From an uncultured Gammaproteobacteria bacterium (GTDB lineage: Bacteria; Patescibacteriota; Patescibacteriia; UBA11705; JABHMO01): a stretch of DNA of 64,000 nt. The notes under the pieces were generated by a model. That model searched no databases. It had not been told where the DNA came from and saw only the letters and a list, made by a program, of their open reading frames with translations. This document shows positions 57,557 through 64,000 of this stretch, piece after piece. The stretch spans positions 2,873 to 66,872 of the forward strand of contig CAZMEQ010000004.1 in the NCBI GenBank assembly GCA_964565345.1. The letters are read 5' to 3'. A program made the position numbers and the translations under genes. Every line of letters starts with the position of its first letter. Position 1 is the stretch's first letter.

Positions 57557-59311
57557 TTATTTTTCGCTAGTCGAAATTACAACTTTGTCGCCCTCGTTGA
57601 GGCCAGAAAGAATTTCAATATTTCCATTGGAACCTCTTATCCCAGTAGATACTTTTACCTCTTGGATTTCTTTTTCTCCTTTTAGCATTTTGACGATTTT
57701 GTCACCATTATTTCTAATAATAGCTCTTTGGGGTATGTTTAGAATATTTTCTTTTTTCGCAGTTAGAATATCAACGTTAGCTGTTAATCCAGATTTGATG
57801 TTTTCGTTCTCTTCCGTAAATTCCAAGGTCACTTTATAGGTTGGGACTCCATCAACAATGGTTTCAGCCGGGTCAACGGATATAACTGTCGCTGTAAATT
57901 CAGTATCAGAACCAAAAGCATCTAATGTAACCGTGGCTTCATCAGCTACTTTCACATTAGCTATATCTACCTCTGCTACGTTGGCCTCAATTTGGAATTT
58001 ATTGTCACTAATGATTTTTATGACTGCAATATTTGATTGGATAATTTCACCAACCTTGGCGTCTTGCATGACAACTTTACCGTCTATAGGCGAGGTGATG
58101 GTATTTTTAGCTATTTGAGCCGCAATATTACCTAAATTGGATTGAGCGTACTTAATTTGAGCTAGTTGTGATTTGACATTTGCTTCGGCTAATTTGACTT
58201 GAGCTTCTTGGGCCGCGATTTGTTCTATTGTTGGACCGGCCAACTTTAAGCTTAGGTTGTTCTGCGCTGATTGAAGATTATTTTTGGCAGTGTTAACAGC
58301 TGTTTCAGCGTTATTGATGGTTGAAGAGTTGGTTACCTTTTGAACTTTGATCAGATTTTCATTCGTGGTAATAGCCGTAATTTGGGCATCCACATAACCT
58401 TTTTGAGTGTTAAGATTGCTAATGTCAGTGTTGGATAATGGCGAAAGGTAGATGGAATTAAATACTTGTCGGACTTGAAGCATTGCTGATTTGGTTTCAT
58501 TCAAAGCGGCGATAATATTTACTTCCGTCGGATTTTGAAAGGCATTATTAACTAAAGCTTTGGCACCACCATTTAAACTATTTAAGCTCGAACTACTCAT
58601 TTTGCCGCCATTGCTTCCACCAAGTAAATAATAAACAGCATAACTTTTTGTCTCGGCTAGTCGGGTGGCTTCTGGTGTTGATTCCGAAAAGTAGGTATTT
58701 TGGATGTCTGTAATGGAAAATAATGCAGATAGGCCAACACTTATGGCATCACTTAGTCCAGCGTTGGTGATTTCCAGTTGTTTTTGTAAATCAGCAGCGG
58801 CTTTTATTTTTGCATTTTCTAGAGCCACTTGTGCATCTGATAATGTTTGTTGGGCTGTGCTGACTGTAGTTTGAGCAATTGTTAGTTCTTCTGCTCTGGT
58901 GCCTAATTTTAGTTCGTTAAGTTTAGCCTGTTGTGCAGCCAAGGCGGATTCATAGTTTATAAGGAGTGCGCGGCTGCTTTCGAGCGAAGCTGCGGCCTGT
59001 CCGCTTTGAGCATATAGATCATTGCTAGAAAGGCTAGCTAAAATTTGGCCTGCTTTGACAGGATCTCCAATTTTTACATTTATTTGAGCTACTTTACCTG
59101 GTTTTTCAAAAGCCAGTTCTACATTGTTGGCCGCTTTAACTGTCCCTGTAACACTTACTTCCTGTGTTAAAGTCGATTTTTCAACAACAACGGTAGTGTA
59201 AACAGGTGTTGTTTCTTTTTGTGAGGCTACCACGGCAATTACAAAGACTATAAGCACGAGAATAGAGCTGATGTAGAAAGATTTTTTCTTAAAAATGTTT
59301 GGTAAGGTCAT
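57557..59311 (-). CDS. Efflux periplasmic adaptor (MacA/HlyD-like) with long coiled coil
   Basis: Lipoyl-like GKVAQINVKIGD and SPIDGKV motifs around a long helical hairpin. Confidence 0.88.
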   Translation of the reverse strand: MTLPNIFKKKSFYISSILVLIVFVIAVVASQKETTPVYTTVVVEKSTLTQEVSVTGTVKAANNVELAFEKPGKVAQINVKIGDPVKAGQILASLSSNDLYAQSGQAAASLESSRALLINYESALAAQQAKLNELKLGTRAEELTIAQTTVSTAQQTLSDAQVALENAKIKAAADLQKQLEITNAGLSDAISVGLSALFSITDIQNTYFSESTPEATRLAETKSYAVYYLLGGSNGGKMSSSSLNSLNGGAKALVNNAFQNPTEVNIIAALNETKSAMLQVRQVFNSIYLSPLSNTDISNLNTQKGYVDAQITAITTNENLIKVQKVTNSSTINNAETAVNTAKNNLQSAQNNLSLKLAGPTIEQIAAQEAQVKLAEANVKSQLAQIKYAQSNLGNIAAQIAKNTITSPIDGKVVMQDAKVGEIIQSNIAVIKIISDNKFQIEANVAEVDIANVKVADEATVTLDAFGSDTEFTATVISVDPAETIVDGVPTYKVTLEFTEENENIKSGLTANVDILTAKKENILNIPQRAIIRNNGDKIVKMLKGEKEIQEVKVSTGIRGSNGNIEILSGLNEGDKVVISTSEK

Positions 59312-59312
59312 A

Positions 59313-59747
59313 TTATTTTTTATTTTCGTAGTGGGTAAATAATTTTTTATAAATATTTATTAAGTCTTTTTTATCGTTTTCGTTTAAAGGAGAGAGAAAG
59401 TCGATGATGGTTGATTCAAGTTGTTTTTGATTGACTTGTAAAAATTTTATCCCCTCCCTGGTTAGTTTTAAATAGATGTTCCGGCGGTCTTCTTTGTCAT
59501 GGCTGCGCATTAAAAGGTGCCGATGTTCAAGTTTGTCGATCATACAGGTTATGGAGGGCGGCGTTATGCCAAAAAACTGCGCCAGATCCTTCATTTTTGG
59601 CCTTTTTTGATTATGAATATAGGATAGTGCCTCAAACTGAATCATTCTTTCTGGAGAATTTTTTGTCTTGTTTTGAAGGTACGCAAAAAGAAATCTTTTT
59701 AGAGTAAAAATTGTCTGGACAAGCTCTTTGGCTTCTTTTGTGGGCAT
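59313..59747 (-). CDS. MarR family regulator
   Basis: wHTH, DKEDRR, LTREG. Confidence 0.9.
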   Translation of the reverse strand: MPTKEAKELVQTIFTLKRFLFAYLQNKTKNSPERMIQFEALSYIHNQKRPKMKDLAQFFGITPPSITCMIDKLEHRHLLMRSHDKEDRRNIYLKLTREGIKFLQVNQKQLESTIIDFLSPLNENDKKDLINIYKKLFTHYENKK

Positions 59748-59877
59748 ACTTAGGTATTCTAACTATTTTGCTAACTAAGTATATCATGTTGTAGAGAATA
59801 AACAAGACTGTGCATGTTTTTCTTTCCTTGCTTTTGACTAAGCGCTATACTACTTATATAGATACATAAAAATTGCT

Positions 59878-61506
59878 ATGTTAAAACATTTTTTGTTGGT
59901 TGCGCTCTTAGTTGTTTTTTTGTCGCCACAAGTTGCCTCGGCCGATGGGGCAGCCTTTATTCCAGGCCCCTATGATAATCGCTGGGATTATAATAGGGAA
60001 TCCAGTCAATCAGCTATTATTGATTATAAAAGTGGAACGCAAAAGATGTTGTTAAGCGTTGGTTTTGAGAATTCTAAAGAGAATACTGTTTGGTTATTTC
60101 CCGTCCCATCTGTACCAGAAAAAATTGTTGTTGATGTTTTAGATGATGTCCCAAGTTTATATGGTGAAAACATTGCCGATGGCGCTAAAGCGAATTTACT
60201 AGATGCACGAAAGGGGTTATTGGCAACGCAGCTTTACCCTATTCCTTGGGCGCTAAGGAGTTCCTATAAATCTTTTGAGGGAACTGGATTAGGGGCTACC
60301 GCTGGTTTTGGTTTGTCTGACGGGGTAGCCAATGATGTTACAGTTCATGAATCTTTAGAAAAGAATGGAATGACAACTCAAATAATAACCGCAAAAACTT
60401 CGGTCGGTCTTTTTAAATATTTGCGAGAATTAAATTTAGATATTAAGGGCGGCAGTATACCGGCATTAGATGAATACGTGGGGAAGGATTTTTCTTTTGT
60501 TGTTTCTTGGATTATGCCAGAAGACAAAGTGTTGGCCAAACGTTTGGAGGTCGAAGATAAACTATTACGTTTTATTAATAATTATTTTCAAGATGGTAAT
60601 GGGATCAAACCGAGTTTTTTAGATTTGGTTGCTTTAACTTTTCCGTCTGAATATTCATTGCTACAAGCATCAGTATATGAAGATCAGAGCTATCTAAAGA
60701 ACAATCCTGCTTTTAAAGAAAAATTGGTTGATTTGTTAATGCAAAATCTCAGTTATGTCACCGATGTTGATCCATATTACTACGATCGATATGAGAGGAA
60801 GGTGCGCGGTGTTTTTGTCAGTTTCCCAACCCCACAGATTTACTATCCTTTAAAATTAACCAGCGTTTATGGTAGTGAAGTTATTCCTACCGATATTCGC
60901 ATAATGGGTTACGTTAAGCCAGAGCTTTATCCAGATATAGCCCCTTATGTCACAACAGAATACTATTTTGATGCTGATTATTATCCTGATTACCGTAAAG
61001 CTAATCCTTTTGAATGGGTGGAGCGTGAGCCAATGCGCTATACAAAAATAAAATTAAAAGCACCTTCTAAGCTTTTTCGTGAAGATCTCTTTTTTTCACC
61101 TAAAAGTAGTTTAGGGCTATGGTGTCAAGAGCTTATAACTCGTTCAGCAGTTATTCCCTTTATTCCTTTGTTTTTGATAATATCATTTTTGTCGGGAATC
61201 TTAGCGGCACTCTTGGCTTTTTGGGGGCGTCTGGAAACAAAAAGAAAACTTTGGAAGTATGGATTTTTGTCTTGGTTGAATATTTTTTCAATAATTATGT
61301 TTGCTTTTTGGATTTTCTATTCCCGAACTAAAAGTTTAGACGAAAATCAAAAACAACTTTTAGCCAATGTAAAAGCCCAAGGACTATCCACGTGGAGCAT
61401 CCATTCTCGTGATTATGGTCGGAAGGTTTTGTTTGTCTTTTTGTTCTCCTTGATTTATATTATATTAGCATTGATAATCCCATGGCTTATAGTTCAAGCA
61501 ATTTAG
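59878..61506 (+). CDS. Exported/membrane hypothetical protein (DUF2330-like)
   Basis: Signal peptide + ADG, QSAII, WLFPVPS, YYPLKLTS, C-terminal TM helices. Confidence 0.55.
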   Translation: MLKHFLLVALLVVFLSPQVASADGAAFIPGPYDNRWDYNRESSQSAIIDYKSGTQKMLLSVGFENSKENTVWLFPVPSVPEKIVVDVLDDVPSLYGENIADGAKANLLDARKGLLATQLYPIPWALRSSYKSFEGTGLGATAGFGLSDGVANDVTVHESLEKNGMTTQIITAKTSVGLFKYLRELNLDIKGGSIPALDEYVGKDFSFVVSWIMPEDKVLAKRLEVEDKLLRFINNYFQDGNGIKPSFLDLVALTFPSEYSLLQASVYEDQSYLKNNPAFKEKLVDLLMQNLSYVTDVDPYYYDRYERKVRGVFVSFPTPQIYYPLKLTSVYGSEVIPTDIRIMGYVKPELYPDIAPYVTTEYYFDADYYPDYRKANPFEWVEREPMRYTKIKLKAPSKLFREDLFFSPKSSLGLWCQELITRSAVIPFIPLFLIISFLSGILAALLAFWGRLETKRKLWKYGFLSWLNIFSIIMFAFWIFYSRTKSLDENQKQLLANVKAQGLSTWSIHSRDYGRKVLFVFLFSLIYIILALIIPWLIVQAI

Positions 61507-61510
61507 TTTT

Positions 61511-62206
61511 ATGGTTAAAAAGTACCACAATGTATTAATAACGGGCGACACTCATTTAGGTGATGTGGTTTTTAGGGATGAAGCCAAGTTGGTATCAGCA
61601 ATTAAACAGGATAATTTTGACGCAATTGTTTTTGGCGGAGATACATTTGACCCTTGGCGTGGTCGTTCAGTTGAGGATTTAGTGGCAAAATATGATCAGC
61701 TTTTTAAGTTTTTACAAAACCTAAAAAGTCGGGTCGTTTTTATTAAGGGTAACCATGACCCCAAAATTGATTTTCTAAAAAAATTTGGTTTTTCAGTTCA
61801 AAAACGATTCAAATATGTTGGCTCTCTTGGGGAAAGGACAAAAATTATCCACGGACATGAATTTGATGATGCTTGCCGCAATTGGGAGTTTATAACAAAG
61901 CGCATTGCTTTTGTCGAAAATAAGATAAATCAATATTTAACTCGAGTCGATAATGAAGCTTTTGTGCGCTTTATCAACCTGATTAATAAGGTTGATCTTA
62001 AAAGAGTTATTTCTAATTTTCGTGAAAGAGTAAATCAATATAGAAATGTGGATAATTTATTATTTGGACATACTCATATGCCTATGCGAGAGGAGCAGGG
62101 TAGGGTAAAGTTTTATAATTGGGGCGGATGGCAAAAGGATTTTAATCTGCCTCCGCAGGTTATAGTCCATAAACAGGGAAAGTTTAATAGTATTGATATA
62201 AAATAA
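61511..62206 (+). CDS. Calcineurin-like metallophosphoesterase (LpxH-like)
   Basis: DTHLG, GDTFD, GNHD, HGH, GHTH. Confidence 0.88.
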   Translation: MVKKYHNVLITGDTHLGDVVFRDEAKLVSAIKQDNFDAIVFGGDTFDPWRGRSVEDLVAKYDQLFKFLQNLKSRVVFIKGNHDPKIDFLKKFGFSVQKRFKYVGSLGERTKIIHGHEFDDACRNWEFITKRIAFVENKINQYLTRVDNEAFVRFINLINKVDLKRVISNFRERVNQYRNVDNLLFGHTHMPMREEQGRVKFYNWGGWQKDFNLPPQVIVHKQGKFNSIDIK

Positions 62207-62240
62207 AAAACGTCCCGACTAAGTCGGGCGTTTTTATTTC

Positions 62241-62411
62241 TTAAGCTTTTGATAAAGTTTTTATGCAACGAGTGCAAAGAAGTTTTCTTTTTCCCTCTAC
62301 AGTTTTAATTTGTAGGTTTGGGTATTGAAATTTTTTTGTGGCAATGTGAGAATGGCTTCTGGTAATAGTCACCTTCGGTCCCTTGCCGCAGCTTTGACAA
62401 ATTTTAGACAT
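62241..62411 (-). CDS. rpmB: 50S ribosomal protein L28 (zinc-ribbon form)
   Basis: MSKICQSCGK...RSHSHIATKK..PNLQ...CTRCIK. Confidence 0.92.
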   Translation of the reverse strand: MSKICQSCGKGPKVTITRSHSHIATKKFQYPNLQIKTVEGKRKLLCTRCIKTLSKA

Positions 62412-62477
62412 ATAGCAAATTAATAACCTTAGATGGTAATATACTAGCATATATGTTATAATTTAGCAAGATAGTAT

Positions 62478-63119
62478 ATGCTGATTAATTTATTATTCGA
62501 AAATCCAATATATTTTTTCGTCGTGGCTGTAGTGGTGGTGGTAGCTTTAACTGTACATGAATTTGCGCATGCGGTAGCGGCTACTTCTTTAGGTGATCCA
62601 ACAGCCAAACAAGAAGGGAGACTCACGCTTAATCCTGCTTCCCATTTGAGTCTTTTAGGGTCAGTTTTTTTGCTATTTGTCGGTTTCGGATGGGGCAAGC
62701 CAGTCCCATTTAACCCCTATAACTTACGTTTACAGAAATGGGGGCCGGCTATAGTCGCTGTTGCAGGCCCTTTTTCTAATCTAATTTTAGCAATTATTTT
62801 CGGATTAAGTCTAAGGGTTATTAGCCATTATTCCTTATTTTCACCGGATAATTTACTTGTTATTTTTCTTTATTTTTCGGTCTTGTTGAATATTAGTTTA
62901 ATGTTTTTTAATCTTTTACCCCTGGCTCCGTTAGATGGTTCAAAAATTCTTTTTGCATTCATTTCTGATTATAAATTTGCTAAATTAAGGCAAGTTTTAG
63001 AAACTCAGGGCACTTTTATCCTTATAAGTTTGGTTTTCTTAGAAAGTTTTTCTGGATTAAATGTTTTCGGGTCTTTCTTTTCAGTTATTCAGGAGTGGAT
63101 TAGCCATTTAGTTTTTTAA
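62478..63119 (+). CDS. Site-2 protease (M50) family
   Basis: HEFAH, GRLTLNP, AGPFSN, FNLLPLAPLDGSK. Confidence 0.95.
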   Translation: MLINLLFENPIYFFVVAVVVVVALTVHEFAHAVAATSLGDPTAKQEGRLTLNPASHLSLLGSVFLLFVGFGWGKPVPFNPYNLRLQKWGPAIVAVAGPFSNLILAIIFGLSLRVISHYSLFSPDNLLVIFLYFSVLLNISLMFFNLLPLAPLDGSKILFAFISDYKFAKLRQVLETQGTFILISLVFLESFSGLNVFGSFFSVIQEWISHLVF

Positions 63120-63140
63120 CGAATTTTTGAGCTTGACTTC

Positions 63141-63169
63141 TTGACGTATATAATTTTGTGTGATATCCT
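63141..63169 (+). promoter_or_regulatory. Promoter of the str operon
   Basis: TTGACG-17 nt-TATCCT with TG extension. Confidence 0.55.
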
Positions 63170-63227
63170 TTGGTTAATTATAATAGCTTAAATTAAGCTA
63201 ATTTTTATTTTCTCTAGATCATAATCT

Positions 63228-63644
63228 ATGCCAACTATCAACCAATTGATTAGAAAAAGACGCAAGAGCAATGTTAAAAAAACAAAATCTCCTGCAATGC
63301 AAACAGTTTTAAATAACATTAAGCGTAAGCAAAACACGTTACCAAAAGGTGCTGCTTTTAAACGTGGCGTTTGCGTTAAAGTTACTACAACTACACCTAA
63401 AAAACCTAACTCAGCGTTACGCAAAATCGCTCGCGTACGCCTATCTAATGGACAAGAAGTAACAGCTTATATCCCTGGAGAAGGACACAATTTACAAGAA
63501 CACTCTATTGTTATGATTCGTGGTGGGCGAGTTTCTGACTTGCCTGGTGTTCTTTATCATATAGTACGTGGAGTTTACGATACCCATGGAGTTGAAGGAC
63601 GAAAGAATTCTCGTTCACTTTATGGTGCTAAGAAAGCTAAATAA
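63228..63644 (+). CDS. rpsL: 30S ribosomal protein S12
   Basis: [30 protein letters not shown]. Confidence 0.98.
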   Translation: MPTINQLIRKRRKSNVKKTKSPAMQTVLNNIKRKQNTLPKGAAFKRGVCVKVTTTTPKKPNSALRKIARVRLSNGQEVTAYIPGEGHNLQEHSIVMIRGGRVSDLPGVLYHIVRGVYDTHGVEGRKNSRSLYGAKKAK

Positions 63645-63652
63645 TATTGATT

Positions 63653-64000
63653 ATGCGCGGAAAACAAGCCCCCAAGAGAAAAATTAAACCAGACAGTAAA
63701 TACAACAGTACTTTGGTTGCAAAATTTATTAATTACATAATGGAAAGAGGAAAAAAAGCTGTTGCTGAGCAGATTGTTTATGATTGTTTTAATATTATTG
63801 ATGGAAACATTAAAAGCGGAAAAATTGCTAAAGAAAATGAAAATGCTTTAAATGTTTTTGACATAGCTGTTAAAAATGTTTCACCTCAAATTGAGGTTAA
63901 GAGTAAACGTATTGGCGGTGGTAATTATCAAATTCCAATGCCTGTCCGAGGCGAAAGAAAGTACTTTTTAGCCTTTCATTGGTTAATTAATGCTGCTGCT
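63653..64000 (+). CDS. rpsG: 30S ribosomal protein S7 (runs off window end)
   Basis: Hand translation MRGKQAPKRKIKPDSKYNSTLVAKFINYIMERGKK...EVKSKRIGGGNYQIP. Confidence 0.95.
   Translation, partial: MRGKQAPKRKIKPDSKYNSTLVAKFINYIMERGKKAVAEQIVYDCFNIIDGNIKSGKIAKENENALNVFDIAVKNVSPQIEVKSKRIGGGNYQIPMPVRGERKYFLAFHWLINAAA

Noticed and set aside
1-64000. Prophage, IS element, rRNA or alternative genetic code
   Set aside because: No phage structural, integrase or transposase genes and no rRNA-like sequence. Conserved genes are full length under code 11, with TGA used as a stop.

Overview
AT-rich bacterial chromosome segment (roughly 35% GC by eye). The gene content suggests Patescibacteria/CPR, Parcubacteria-like (inference): split ComEC, two type IV pilus modules, FemAB, type-2 IleRS, and mostly short SD-less leaders. 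It carries housekeeping genes (ileS, ruvA, ndk, epmA-efp, rpmB, rpsL, partial rpsG), four tRNAs (Ala-TGC, Pro-CGG, Leu-CAG, Pro-GGG), two convergent PilB/PilC/pilin clusters with two-component genes between them, and a MarR-MacAB-type efflux operon. The most striking element is a ~1.7 kb GC-rich stretch (~2603-4325) with no credible ORF, behind a near-consensus sigma70 promoter. It resolves into three tandem, divergent, highly structured RNA-like units that share a covarying double-hairpin 3' motif, and it is followed by a 67-aa ORF. Also notable: an ileS T-box with an ultra-short Stem I, an intact tRNA-Pro nested inside an interrupted tRNA-Pro copy, GIY-YIG genes flanked by REP-like palindromes, and eight GC-rich single-gene islets with their own SD and terminator. 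No database searches were run; protein calls rest on motif recognition.
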